Below, piece after piece: positions 36,885-50,800 of a DNA stretch of 64,000 nt. Each line of letters begins with the position of its first letter. Position 1 is the first letter of the stretch. A program made the translations under genes and the position numbers. Where the stretch lies: NCBI GenBank assembly GCA_002633005.1, contig NMRA01000042.1, forward strand, positions 704,408-768,407, in the 5' to 3' direction. The notes under the pieces were generated by a model. The model did not search any database and was not told the origin of the DNA. It saw nothing but the letters and a program-made list of their open reading frames with translations. Origin of the DNA: Phoronis australis (taxonomy: Eukaryota > Animalia > Phoronida).

Positions 36885-37830
36885 TTAATCACAGCAATTA
36901 AAAGACTGGCAAAATAAATTAATATATTGTGGACTAAATTAAAACTGGTGGTTTTTTCTTATCGTTTGGCTTCTGGAATTGAAATGCTCTTGAAAATTTA
37001 GGTTTGGATCATCAGTACCATTAAAATAATACAAAATATATGTGGGTCAGGCTTCAGCTGATAAAGGTAGTTTGGTTTGATTCTTTGAACCTTGGTAGAC
37101 AAATTTGACTTCCGAATGTTGATGCCTTGGACCAGAGTGATGCCTGGATTGCGCCTTATATGTAAAAATCGCTCTCACCAGTTTGGATTTGAAACCAAAT
37201 AGAAGGCTTTTGAAAAGTAAGTATTTATAAAGTACCGTAACACCCTGCCGCCATATACAAACCGTAATGACTGGATTACAAAGTGGAGCAGCAGATCGGT
37301 CTAAAGGCAATGAAAAGGGCATATACCACCGATGTCTTTATGATCGTGTCAGTACTGAAGTTCATTCTGGAGATCTGTGTTTTGTTTATTTTTAGATACA
37401 ATGTAATTCCCGTATAACAAACCACAAAAATAGGAATGGGAAACAAATGAAAGTGGATACGGTAATTTTTGGGATTCCATTCTTCCATGCACAGCCCGCT
37501 TATTTCAGTTTGAATCTGACCTCTGAAACGTCGCTGTGTGGAGTTCTAAGGATCCATGCAACCTTGTGTGCGCATAATCTGCGAGTTGTTTGAGACAAGT
37601 CCACTGGGTTTCAATGGTGTGGCAAACCTTTATGGCAAATACCTTTAGCCTATCATCATTGCCGAGTTGTGCTTTAGTTACCTTATTTATTACTTATGAA
37701 AATGGTCAGAGTTTTTAACACTAATTGTTGGCTTTTGCCCATAACCAAGGCTACGCCTTCCATCATATTAGTTGGCTAATGCAGGGTTTTGTATCCTTTT
37801 AACCTTCATCAATGTCTGTTTTAAAGAGTC

Positions 37831-38069
37831 ATGTCTGGACCTGCTTACGGAGCTGCTGACCCCTATGGACCCCGCCCAGCAGGGGCTGTTGACCCTTATG
37901 GCCCACCTCCATCAGGAATGCCAGCTGGAGCCTATCAAGCCCCTGCAGGGGCATACCAGCCACCACCAGGGTCTTACCAACCCCCAGCAGGAGCATATCA
38001 GCCGCCCGCCGGGGCATACTATCCTCAACCAACATATGTACAGCCTGTAACAGAAAGAACAAAAATTGT
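37831..38069 (+). CDS. CYSTM1: Cysteine-rich transmembrane module (CYSTM) protein, coding exon 1 (P/G/Y/Q-rich head)
   Basis: MSGPAYGAADPYGP...(GAYQPPA)n...TKIV; donor GT|GTGAGT, phase 2; joins exon 2 in frame (114 aa). Confidence 0.85.
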
Positions 38070-38661
38070 GTGAGTGTACGTCGGTAGTGTCTGGTTGGTG
38101 TTTGTCTTTAAAATGGTAAAGGTGCCTGTACATTGTCCAGTGCCTGCAAGAGCATCAGCTGATGACATCAACTCTCAAGGTATAGACACTCACGTAGAGT
38201 ATTATGTGCAGAGCACTGTTGCAGGTGTTAAGTCATGTGCATTATGTCCACTTGATGCTGCATTTTTACATAATTTGATAAAAATTAAATTAAAAAAGAT
38301 GGTTTGAGCTCAAGCATGCTTTACGTTGGATGCATTCTTCAAGTTGTAATAAACCAGCTGCCTTCATCACAAAAAACACTTTGTCATGATCATTACCCAA
38401 AGACTCAGTCCATATTCTGGAAAAATTGCTTTACTTGGGTGCAAGTTCAATGGCATTAAGGTCATGGTTTAAGGAATATACATTGCCTTAGTACCGTTTG
38501 AAAATGCCGCTTTTGAAGCATGGGCACGGTAAAGTTTTTAGTGTTTGCCCTCCTCCCCCCTACAACCCAGATGGGTGTCATTTTTGGTTTTTCACCTGTT
38601 GGGAGTGTGCCTTATAGACTTGTGTAGTGCTATCTAACTCATTCTTTCTTTGTCTTTTCAG

Positions 38662-38767
38662 TTATGTGGATGACCAAGATCGTCGCGACAGAGAGATGGC
38701 CGAAGACTGTTGTTTGCTGGCCTGCTGTTGGACACTGCTATGTTGCTGTTGCCTTAATGCAAACTAA
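38662..38767 (+). CDS. CYSTM1: CYSTM protein, coding exon 2 (CYSTM domain; frame absent from the ORF track)
   Basis: tttcag|T YVDDQDRRDREMAEDCCLLACCWTLLCCCCLNAN TAA; resembles vertebrate CYSTM1 CLTACWTALCCCCL. Confidence 0.88.
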
Positions 38768-41700
38768 AAGGATTCTTAATTGTGCCATATTTCTAGATAT
38801 TACTGCTTTAATTCGATGTGTCCACAAGAGGCACTTATCAACACCATTTTTATATTAAAGCCCAATGGTAATTATTGCATGCCAAGAACTTTACGATCAT
38901 GACACTTGACGTACTTCAGGTTCCAAGTGCTGCCTGCTGGTGTGGTAAATGGCCCAATTATGTTGCACAACCAGCAGAATTAGTGAGAAGCAGAATTAAC
39001 TGGCAACATTGTTCAAACATTTTAGGTTTTAAAAGTCACATTTATCATCAGATTTTCAAAATTCAAAAACCTAGGCACGTGTACTTTTCACGAGCTATTC
39101 AAATGTGCCATTAAAAACTCTCAAAATGAAAATTTGAATGCTATTGCCGCTTCCAGTGTGTTTATGGTTGGTATGATTTTATAGAGAATAATAACATCAA
39201 ATGCCCGAGGCGATGTAATTAGTACAACAGCATGGTGTCTTTGATCACGGCAGCAGATTCTGAGGTACGCAAACCGGTGAGGGTATCATTGTAGGATTTT
39301 ATTCATGTGTTTTGGTTCATGATTTTACTGAGGATAGAACTCCAAGGGGCAGTTATATCTTTACATTAGGAGAGTGCAGCTAGACTTCCACATCAGGGGC
39401 AATATTTTATACCAGGCCAAAATGAAAAAATCCTATCCATGTTTATACCGTGAGAGCTAGACCATGTCTATACATCTTGAAAGAAAGCTGAAAACATGGA
39501 TTGAGTCAAAGTTTTATCTTGTCTGAAAAAGTCTACCCAAATTATATCCTATCCCCCTGTGTAACAACTTTAAAATCTTGCCATTATTCATAAAGTGCAA
39601 AACTATTATCAGATCAAAACTTATGTCAACCAAAAATAGTGCTCACATTATTGTACTCATTTAATTTGAACTGACACGTCTAATTTATAGAAAAAATGGT
39701 TAAAACCTACATCAGAAAATTGAAAAATGCATCCCATCTCAGCAGCACACCCCCATTACATTACAACTAGCTGCCCCTGCCTCCCTCCACCATTGGAGCC
39801 TTGTTTTGTTTTTAATATGGTGAGTTAGCAATCTTAATTGTGTATGATATACAATTCCTTGACTGGTTCAATGGGAAAATTCATTATCACCACTGCTAAC
39901 TTAATTATTCCAGTTTGAAGTTTGCCATGTCGGCTTAATCACAGTTGCTTTGCTGCAAAATTGCAGTCTACAAAGCTTGTTTCCGCAGAATTCATTTTTA
40001 TGCCAAGCCTTGTTTGGGATCATTGCACAAGACATGTAAACAGTCTACGGGCCTCAGGCAAATGCTCTAATTTTCTATTACAATATTTGCTGTTTTAAGT
40101 CACCGAGCATCAGAGAGGTTTGGCATACAGTCTTGAGCCCTAATCTGTTAGTATTATATAGTTTTGTTGAGCGAACAAATTTTTTGCTTTTAATTTTGTG
40201 AACATGCTCTGTGCATGCACCATCCTTGCCATCAGTGTTGTGTGTAAATTACAATGACTATATTTACATGTAGATGTTTCTCTTTTGTGTTCACTAATGT
40301 TCATACCATGAACACAATTTTGTCTCAATATACCATCTCGCGTAGCCAGCTTACCTACTGTGTATACATAAGATTGCCAAGCAAATCTTAAGTCTTCGTT
40401 CAGCACCCATACACTTGAAGCTGGTAAGAGTTGCTTAATGAATGTTTTTTGTTTTTTTTATGGACAAGCCTACCCAAATTGTTGATAATAGTACCATATT
40501 CCAGTTTATAGGTACTGAAGCTCCCAAAATTGATTTGTGGCAATTTTGTGCTGTACTATATCTTATGCCACGTGGGACCCAGTGTTGCAGCAAGGTGGTT
40601 CTCACAAGCGCTGTTTTCAAGAATTTTGACACGTTAGGTTAAAACTAAGTGGTAATGAAATATAAGTTGGAAACATTCATTAGTATCTGAGCAAGAATCT
40701 AGGTGTCACTTTCAATGCAAGTTTTTGGACAATTATCGGTCTTCGCCTATCCCCAGCCCATTTTATTAGCTTTTAGGATGAGGCAGTTTGAATGTTCTGA
40801 GAATGTATGATCTGGCGAGGACACTAAACATGTGACATGTAACCTTGCAGTATGCTGCATTGTAAGACATCCAGTGTTAAGGGTGTGGAGTGAATCATGT
40901 TTCTACACGCATTTTAGAAGTAATGTGTGATTTGAAGAAAGATAATGGTGCAGAACATTCAGCATTTAAAGAGCAATTGCAATATTTATCGCGTTTATTT
41001 GACTACCAACGGGTTCTTTTGTTGAACATTTGAACAGAAATGATGATAAAGCGTTAGCACTGAGCATGTATTCAATCAATTGAAGAGTTCAAAATCTTGC
41101 TTTTACCATAAAATCTTGTATATGAAGCCATGGTCTTAATAGGTAAATACACTTTCTTCTTATATTTAAAACGAATCGGTCTTTATGGCTTTATATTCAA
41201 ATCAAAGGCCAAACAATTTCTTTGGATTCTGAAACTAATCGTTCTTTTTTTTTGTTTTTTTTTCCAATCAGCCGTGCCTACATAATGATAAATGCAAGCC
41301 AGTCAAAATGGATAAAATATTCACTAGCTATAAACATTCTATGCTTAACCAAACAGTGCATGTTGGTATCTTCTAAATGATGCACACAACTCGATAGTTA
41401 AGACAATGGGATTCCCAGGAAAAGTTGATTCTATGACACTCCCCTGAATAGTCATATATTTAAACTTAAGGTCATGGCATTATACGCAGGACTTTATTGT
41501 AAACACTGGACTTACTTTGTTATGTTATTACATTCAGTAAATTGTTGATTCCTGAATGGTCATTGCAAAATGCTTTCTAGACTATGCTTCTGAGCATAAA
41601 TTGTATGTATCTTAGTGAGGAATGAAAAATACATTTGTATGACCTTTAACGTGTATGTATTTAATGTCAAAATAAATTGAAATAAATCGCGAACTAGAGA

Positions 41701-43965
41701 GCAGTGCTTGGGGCAAACACAAAAACATGCATTGCATGACTGATGTTTTTCCTTGCAGAATGGCACGCTTAGAAGTTTGCACTATTGAAGTTGCAATTTT
41801 CAAAGCAATGAACATTGCTAAGGAATTTGAATGGGTTAAGGTAGTAAGGTATTTTTGTTACCATGGAATTTGCAAGTTTCATTCCAAAAATCGTCTTCCT
41901 GGAAAATATGGCAATCTCCATAATGAAATGATTTTTTTAGAAAAAACACCTGTAACAAAGTGATTACAAACATAGCTTAAGTGCACAAAGGTTTTGAGAT
42001 CATTAAAGATTTTAGAACATAGTTTCATGGGTCTGCTATTGATACTTAAAACTTATTTAAGAAATACAATCCTTGGTAACAAAAGTAGCCAGTTACCTTA
42101 AAGTCATTCATTGTATACATAAACAGCTTCATAGAACAAGATATGCTAGTGTTTTAAACTATGGCAAAACTTTTCAAACACTTTTTATTTTATCATGGCA
42201 CTTCCAGTGTCAACAGTGAAAAAGAATATGCATCAACAATAATGCATGTGTTACCATGATACCAAGAAGTGAAATGGCAAATAACACTGACACCCAGTCT
42301 TCCTCGGTCACTGGGATTAAGAAATTAGCAGGCTGCTTTTAGGAAAATACCCTAACTACATGCACAGAAGCTTATTTTAAATTGGTAAAATTATTTACAT
42401 ACATGGTATAAACTGATTTCAAAAGCACCATCGCATTGCACAATCATTTAGACAAACCTCTTAGGTCTGAAATATGGAAAATTAATCGTAATGCATATTA
42501 ATCAGTTATTACACTTGTCTTTCCATACAGAATACTTGTAATATCACCAACAGATGGCACCATGTAGTTGCACAATGCACCAAAATTGCCTTAGACGTCC
42601 TTGACCATTAACGCATGTAAATTTAGTCCCTTCAGCATGCTATAAATATTACTCTCACCACACTTAAGTTATGAATTGTCCAATAACATGAATGCTTAGA
42701 CTTTTTGTCCAACTTTCATCTATATTAATGTGAGAATCCCCAAGTAATTCAAACAGCTATCAATGACGCACACACTTTCTAATCACTACTCAACATACTA
42801 CGGTACCCAGAGCAGATACGTACTTACATCTAACACGGGTAATGGCCAATGTTCGAAACTAATGTAATCGGGCATTCTTTGCTGTTTTCTCATGATAAAT
42901 TTGCATATCATTTAACTTGCCCACGTTTAAGTGTTTAAATTGTGTTTTCTAATGTTGCTAAAGCATTGCTAAGACTACATACAGAATTACAAAAATTAAT
43001 TCGAGGAAGGCTTTTAATTAGTACCGGTACCTTCGGCACAAATTAAGGTTACACATCTCATCTTTTTTCAGAGCAAACAGACTGCTGTTACGCTACTAGG
43101 ACACAAAAACTTCATTAATTTACTGTATAATCAATGCACATAGTTGGGAGCTATTTGTAACACCTGAAACAAAATCAATGAATTTTTCAGAAATCAGAAA
43201 TCAACCAAGACCAATAATTTTCTAAATATTAGAAATAATAACGAAAGTACATCGAATGTGCGATAAAGTAATTTTTTACGATGTCGAGCAGGTAAAATTT
43301 ACTTAATACGAAGTTCGAAGAAAGTGAATTTTTACCAGCCCTACATCAAATGTATTAAACCAGACAGTATTCCACATTCAAATGAGCATCGTGTTTAACA
43401 GTTAAGCACTAAATTCTGTGAGGATGTCGTGTTCATTAACATCATTTCTAAAAACTATTGGGTCTAATTACATCAGCCCCGAACCTATTTATAAGGCTAA
43501 AGGTGGATAAATAAATCAATAGTTAATAGAAATGCTGTTACTCCATGACCACTTCAAAGCAGTTTTCAGGAAGATGTCCAGTTCCTTATGACAGTACATG
43601 ATAAATCACCAATACCAAAAGCATAGATTCTCTTCAATGTTTAACAATTTAAATTTACAATAAAGAATTCAACATAATGGATCGCTGCATGAAAAAATAA
43701 AACAACATTTGACAAAATCAGATATTACGAGGCACAAAAACAAATTTCTTTTGGTATTTAAAAAAATATTCTAGTAACTGGAAAAGTATCGAAATTTCTG
43801 CTTTTGTCCGAAATACAGTTTTTGATTTTTAATTTTATGAATAAGGGTTACTGTTTGCTGGTTTCCTATTTTGAAGTTGGCAACTTTGATTTATTACCTA
43901 ATTCATTGCTGGTGCAGTTTGTAATGGCTCTAAAACATGAGAAACGTCAACCAGAAACACTCATT

Positions 43966-45632
43966 TTATACCATTCCAACAACCTCAAAATCTTGCCCAA
44001 AGTCTCCTTTTGGCCCATTGTCATTTAAGTACAAGTCTTCATCTAAATCTGTCTCGCGAATGAACTTAAGATGAGGGTTGCTGGGGTAGTATTCACTACT
44101 TCTTAATGTATTTCCTTCAATAGACAACTGACTACCCATCATTTGATGACTCATACTTAGGTTGTTTTGAAGTTTTTCTTCTTTACTCGTGACTGGTGCA
44201 GGATTCGTTAGAGGTGAGTTGAATCCACTGTCACCGAGATTGTTCTGAACACCAATTTTGCTAGCCTCATTTTGATTCTTATCCTTTACCACACCGTCCA
44301 TTTTCTTGCGGGCTTTGTTGCTTTTGCACGAGAATCGAGATTCATGTTTGGGAGAGTATGGAACTGTATTTTCATCACATACTCTTTCAGACTCTACACA
44401 GCTTTTACTCAGGTCATGAGCTAAAGACAATGAGTCAGTGTTTGGATCAAGTAAAGCAGGCTGTCCTTTAACAACAGGTGCACAGTAGTGAGACTCATCG
44501 CTAAACACATTCTCCGTAAGTACAGCCACTGTTGGCCGTTCACATTCATTTTGAATTGCAACAAAATGCATCCCATGTTTACCGTCGAGATTTCCTTTCT
44601 CCTCCATGATATTACAGACCTCCACATCCGATGCTGTTTGGTGATTATCTCCTCTGTCCAGACGTGACAACTCTGATGTGTAGTTCCTGACGACACTCTG
44701 CAGGGTGCATTCACTACTTGTTGAGCTCCTACACTGCAGCTCATATTGTTCGTCATCTAAACTTGTCAAGTCATCCACACAGTCCAATAACATGTTATGA
44801 CCACTGCACTCCGCTGTCTTCTCAACAACTCTAGCCTTACTCATCTGTAAGCCATTGCTCATCTCAGCGCAGTAGCCATTTTTCGAGCTATACACATTAC
44901 AAATGTCACCCTTTTCCACATGCAATAGAGCTTGTGATCCAGTCACAGGAAGTAGATCTTCTTGTTCTTTTGGTCCCATCAGTCTATTTTTGCACTTCTC
45001 ACCAGATGGCATACTTTTGCTTCTAGACAATTTAGAAGTTTGCCTCAGCTCAGAGCCTTGCACATGGTAACCACTGCCTTTAGCATGGAGCCTCGATTTC
45101 CTTTTAGACTTTGTTTTACCCTTCTTCACACAATTTGTGATGGCATGCATCTCATTGTCACCACTTTTTCCTACACCTGTCCCATCAATTCCAACAGGCA
45201 GCATCAAGGCTTTTTGACTTTTTTCATGACTTTTACCTGCAGGTACCACATAGCAGCTATCATTTTCTTTACATATTCCATCAATTTCAGCAGGAAGTGT
45301 CATGGCCTTTTGATGCCTTCCCTGTTTCTTAATTATGTCCCTAGTCAACACATCGTCTTCTTTGCGTCTGCTCCTCTCGTTTTTTCCGCTTCTTTTGTTT
45401 TGATTATTTGTGTCATTCTTACAATATGGCGGCGGTTGCATGCAGTGCCAGGTGGCTGACTTCTGGACTTTTGAAACCAAATGCTCCTTGCTATACCACT
45501 CCCACTCTGGAGGTGGGAATTGTGCTGAGAATGTCACACATTGCACAGTCTTGGCTTTCTCATCAACTTCATTGACTGGCTTTGATTTCTTTCCCTTGCT
45601 AAAGAGTTTGCTCAGAAGCCAACCTTTTTCAC
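43966..45632 (-). CDS. STOX: Storkhead-box protein, large terminal coding exon
   Basis: tttcaaag| GEKGWLLSKLF...TFSAQFPPPEW...GDSGFNSP...; TFSAQFPP and DSGFNSP are conserved STOX1/2 motifs; 1667 nt open frame to TAA. Confidence 0.85.
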
Positions 45633-46016
45633 CTTTGAAATAAAAATTAGAGAAGTTAAGCTTTTCAGCTGTGAGATTGCAAACTGATCAAACATTTTTT
45701 TTCATAAAATCTCACCAATTTTGAACAAAAAGTATTGTTAAAATTGATCATTTCTGATTTTCAAAGGTTTCTTACATATGTAAATGCCCACGACTTCGCA
45801 ATATTTTGTCTGATGGTAGCTATGGAATTTAACTTCAAGTGATTATATTATTGACAAGAAATGTGGTATTCTAAGATCAGCCCCAAGGCAGAATGGAACT
45901 CACAACCTCAGGCTTTGCAGAGAGTTAAACCCCTCTTCTTAAATGAAAGAGTAATGTTATTTAATTGGTTAAGTTACCAAAATAGCAAGATTAATGGAAT
46001 CAACAGTGAAACATAC

Positions 46017-46499
46017 CCTTGTCCTTGTCTTGGTGTATATTGCTGTGCTGTGAATTCACATCTTTCATCACACCCTTTGATTTCTCCTCACAGTCGTAAC
46101 GGACTGATGCGCTCCGTTTAAAAGTCTCCATGTTCTCACACTGCTCAGCACCCTTACCATAGTCCCTCTCCACACTCTGACTCCGTTCCAACCTTCGACC
46201 ACAACTCTTTCTTTCACTCTTAATCTCTTTCACCCGATCCTTGTGTTTCTCCTTGGATTCTGAACTCTTCTGCCGATGAGTCTGACATGACCTGGAGGTA
46301 GTGTGTACTTTTGGAGGCAAAGTTGGACACAAAGGCGAATTGGTGGTTAGACCACCATGTAACGGGAATGCCCCATGACTTGGGAAATGATCAGAGTATG
46401 CACAAAACTGATGACAAGAGCACAGTGCTGGTGACTCCTGGTGGTTGAGAGGATAGGCTGAGGCACAGGGATTTGGCGTGACGATGAAATACCCATTGG
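46017..46499 (-). CDS. STOX: Storkhead-box protein, middle exon (end of the winged helix, basic region)
   Basis: tttcag| (A)NGYFIVTPNP...HQDKDK(G) |gtatgt; GYFIVTP completes the STOX winged-helix domain; phase 1/1. Confidence 0.88.
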
Positions 46500-46732
46500 C
46501 TGAAAGATAAAAACCATGTTAACACTGTTGCGGAAATCCTCCCAAAATATTCCATACCTTCAACAGTACAGATTTATTTAAACAAATACACACGAGATTG
46601 AAAAGAAACCAATGCATTAAAACATATATTGAGACATTGAGATAGGACTAATGGTCTTGGACATCCCATTTCACATGATTGCAAATGTCTGAAGTTATGA
46701 CCTAATGAAGTCGTGAAATAAAGCAAGTCTAA

Positions 46733-47239
46733 AGGCCCTTTCATATTGATTTAACTCCGGTCCGAGCGGAGCGTCGACGTAAACAGCGCAGTTAACTGGA
46801 CCGTTCATACTGGCTTCGGTAGTTAATGAAGATCGAAGTAAACGGTTGGTGATGCTGTCGTCGTCGAAGTTATCGCAAGGTAGCGCTGCACGCAAAGACT
46901 TTTTTCAATAAGACAGTTTGAGAACCTTTACATGTGCTAAATGACATTAAACTTACTTTTAAATTGATTAGTTGTTATTAGAGCAAAATATAAGCAGCTA
47001 TTAGTGACAGCACTACCATATAACTGTTGACGATAATAGTGGCACCTGGCGGTAACTTCGACTGGACCGAAGTTAAGCGTTCATACTGCACTGTAGTGTC
47101 GACGGTGCGCTATTAAATCCACCTGTTAACTGCGATGTTAACTGGAGCTGTTACCTACGATCCAGGACCGGAGTTAAGCGTTCATACTGACCGCAACTCC
47201 CCAAACCATCGACCCGTCGACGTTAGTATGAAAGGCCCT
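46733..47239 (+). mobile_element. PIF/Harbinger-like MITE family C, full-length (507 bp)
   Basis: TIR AGGCCCTTTCATA / TATGAAAGGCCCT; TAA and TTA 3-bp flanks; internal repeats GTTCATACTG. Confidence 0.75.
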
Positions 47240-47335
47240 TTAGAGCACTTCTCATGGTTATAATGTACTGTCATCGTAATTGGGTTCATGGGTGTTAATT
47301 TTGACTTAATAACGAATTCATGTTTGCTTTAGCTA

Positions 47336-47877
47336 AAGTTACAGTCTAATATAACTACATTTAGGTTGTGATCAGAAGGACATAGGTTGTGATCAGAAGG
47401 ACATAGGTTGTGATCAGAAGGACATTATCAACAAGTTACAGTCTAATATAACTACATTTAGGTAGTGATCAGAAGGACATTATCAACAAGTTAAAGTCTA
47501 ATATAACTACATTTAGGTTGTGATCAGAAGGACATTATCAACAAGTTACAGTCTAATATAACTACATTCAGGTTGTGATCAGAAGGACATTATCAACAAG
47601 TTACAGTCTAATATAACTACATTCAGGTTGTGATCAGAAGGACATTATCAACAAGTTACAGTCTAATATAACTACATTTAGGTTGTGATCAGAAGGACAT
47701 TATCAACAAGTTACAGTCTAATATAACTACATTTAGGTTGTGATAAGAAGGACATTATCAACAAGTTACAGTCTAATATAACTACATTCAGGTTGTGATC
47801 AGAAGGACATTATCAACAAGTTACAGTCTAATATAACTACATTTAGGTTACGATCAGAAGGACATTATCAACAAGTT
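47336..47877. repeat. Minisatellite, 55-bp unit x about 9, with a 21-bp sub-repeat triplicated in the first unit
   Basis: Unit AAGTTACAGTCTAATATAACTACATTYAGGTTGTGATCAGAAGGACATTATCAAC. Confidence 0.95.
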
Positions 47878-50800
47878 TGTGCATTTAGCCAACTATCTAT
47901 ATAAGTGTTGCTTTAAACTTTTTAGTAAAAGTACATATTTTCTGAAAGAAGAAAGTCTGCAAGAATTGACTTTACACCAATCTGTCATTAATTGGGTAGC
48001 ATGAAACTGCCTAATTTTAGTAAATTCAGCAAAAAAAGAAAGGTATTTTTCATAGCAAAACATAACGTCTGATATGAATATTGAAGGTAAAATCTAGCTT
48101 TCTAAATTATCATTTTGTTTTCGTTTTATGCAATTTCAATATTTTTCATAATAATCCTACCTCTAATTTTTTATAGCCTCTCATGCAAAAAGTGGAACAT
48201 TTTAAAGGAAATTTCTAGCAATGTTTTGTAAAACAGTGCATTAAGCATAGCATCTTAAAGTTTCATAAGAATCCAAACAGCCATATCTGAGGTATGATGT
48301 CTGAAGTTAGACAAAATTTGAACATTTTTTTCTGGTCCTGCATAACCTTAATGGTTAGATTCATAACAACTTGAACATTAATTAACTCACCACCAGGTGT
48401 CACCCTGAGCCTTACTTCAACTATCCCAGACACTGAACAACAGAACACCTCTTCACACAAGTATCAAATGTGTGCACTATACAGTGAAAATCCCATTACC
48501 CATGCAAACAATCTTCATTGTCAAATTCAGGAGCTATGAATGAGTGAAGCTTCAAAGGCCTGCTTACAATTAACACCTGGGATTTTCAAACAGGTCTAAT
48601 ACAGTGAAAGATTCTTTTGATAACTGGGAAGGTGTTATCTTTAATAACACAGATCTACTTCACATTAGACATAATACCAACAAATACAATTTTCAACTGC
48701 AGAAAGTAGATTTTCTAGATACAGCAGCAGCCATAACTTAACCAGGAAACAAATAAATTCAACTCCAGCAAATGTCAAGTTGCTAGAAACGGGTATCAGC
48801 AAGACATCTGTATAGTGTCATATCAATATAAAAAATAATGACCAGTTAATGAAATTATTAACCCACTAACACCCCATCTATCACATATGACCATCTGACA
48901 AAACTGCATGTTAGGTAAGAAAGTATTCCCCAGTTGTAGCATAATTATATTCTCATTTCTAAAACCACCTCTCACTGAATGGAGGTACAATAAAATGAAT
49001 ATTCAATGAAACAGCTTGATATCAATGCTCCTAACCCATCCTCAGAGACATTAATTTTTATGGTACATTGAATGTGTATATTGTTTGAGATAATTGTAGG
49101 CACTAATGGAGAACCTCCATCTTGCTAAAAGGACTTTTCTTGCCATTTAGATAAACAAAGTGACAGCTCTGTAGACAACAACTACATGACTGATACTTCA
49201 CGATTAACTAATTAATACACAAATGCTTTCATCTAAATGAAGATTTGTTGGGATACTTCTAGTTTAACTGTAGACAATTGATCACACAAAGCAGGGCATA
49301 ATATATGGTCTAGCAAGAAATTGAAGGAATGCGAGACATAAGGTATAGCAGATAAACCACTCCTACACTGGCTGGAGTGGAGGACCAGTAAGAGTTACAA
49401 TGGAGCTACAACTTACTGCTGAAGAATTGCTCGTTATCACCTTTAACAGCATTTAAAAATGCATTTCGTATGCTAAGCCACAGCTGCCTTCCAGGTATTG
49501 ACACATTCTTTATTGGTTCCAACATCAACGAAAATTATAAAAGTGAATATCGGTCACCATCTTGACACGGTTTTCTTTTGAGTCCACAAGAGGTTGAACT
49601 ATCAGGTCCTAAGTTCCTAACCCCTTTCCGTTTTTATCTCTCTTTCACACAGTGGCTGACATTCAATTAAAATCACATAGCATTGTGTTCTACTTCTATC
49701 CCTGAGCAAAATCAAAGCACTACAGCAGGAAGAGAACAGCTTTTACATTAACCATAAGGACATTATTCAATTAAAGTAATTACAATGGCAACCCAAATTC
49801 AGTTTAAATGCTAGCAGACAAAAAATTAAATCTCCAAAGACTAATCAAATATGACTAAGTACTGTGCACTCAGGCAGTCTTAAAACAGTTCTCCAAGCTA
49901 CCACAGGAAAATAAATCATGGTGACCATGGTGTCCAGGGCCCTCGGTTCTTCAATATTTGGGCCGCATATATCCGCCCCCTTTTCTCTCAAAAATATTCA
50001 AAAATCATGCAAAATTCCCCATATCAAGTCAAAAACATCTCTAAATGACCAAAAAAATATAATATATAACATTGTCATAAAAAGCAATGCAGCAAATAAA
50101 CCTATTGAAAATGTCCCTAAAAACAGTGCGAAAATTTCCCTCTAAGCAAAATACGCTGTAAATATTCCCCCTTAAAGATTTACAAACACCTTTCCTGTCA
50201 GGTGAGTAAGGGCCCTACAGTCTTACTATTTAAATATCAAGGTGGAAAATTCTACTTTGCAAACAAGCAGGTACCATGTAATTTAATAATATCTTTATGA
50301 TAGTCAACATAAAGTGATTTTATCTCAGCTGGAATGTCCAGACATCATTTCATAATACTGAGACATCTAATAAAATTGAAAAGAGCCATTTGGATGTGTC
50401 CACACAACTGGACATTCAAATGACCAGGATAAACCACTGCATAAGTAAATTATCATGTTACAGGATATTCTGAACTCAATACATGCATAAATCCAAACAA
50501 AACATTTGATCAAATATTACATTAAAAGTCATAGTATAGGATTGAAACCGGAACAATACACCCTTTGTCAGAATGCTGGATACTTTGGGCATGACCAAAT
50601 GCAGGCCTCACCCACCTCAAGGTGTGATAACAGTTCACCAGATATATGGGAAGACAGATTACCAGACCTCTTTGTAACAAGGTCTGAATGAAACTTGCTC
50701 AAAGTGGATTGATTAATGCCCATATGCTCACATAGTTGGCGACCCAGCAATGCAAAGTGTTGATAATAGCGTCCACTGTACGCATCACATCGCAATTGGC

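Noticed and set aside
44421-45643. Alternative-frame and antisense ORFs (111, 165 and 77 aa)
   Set aside because: Shadows of the long STOX exon with no recognisable motifs.
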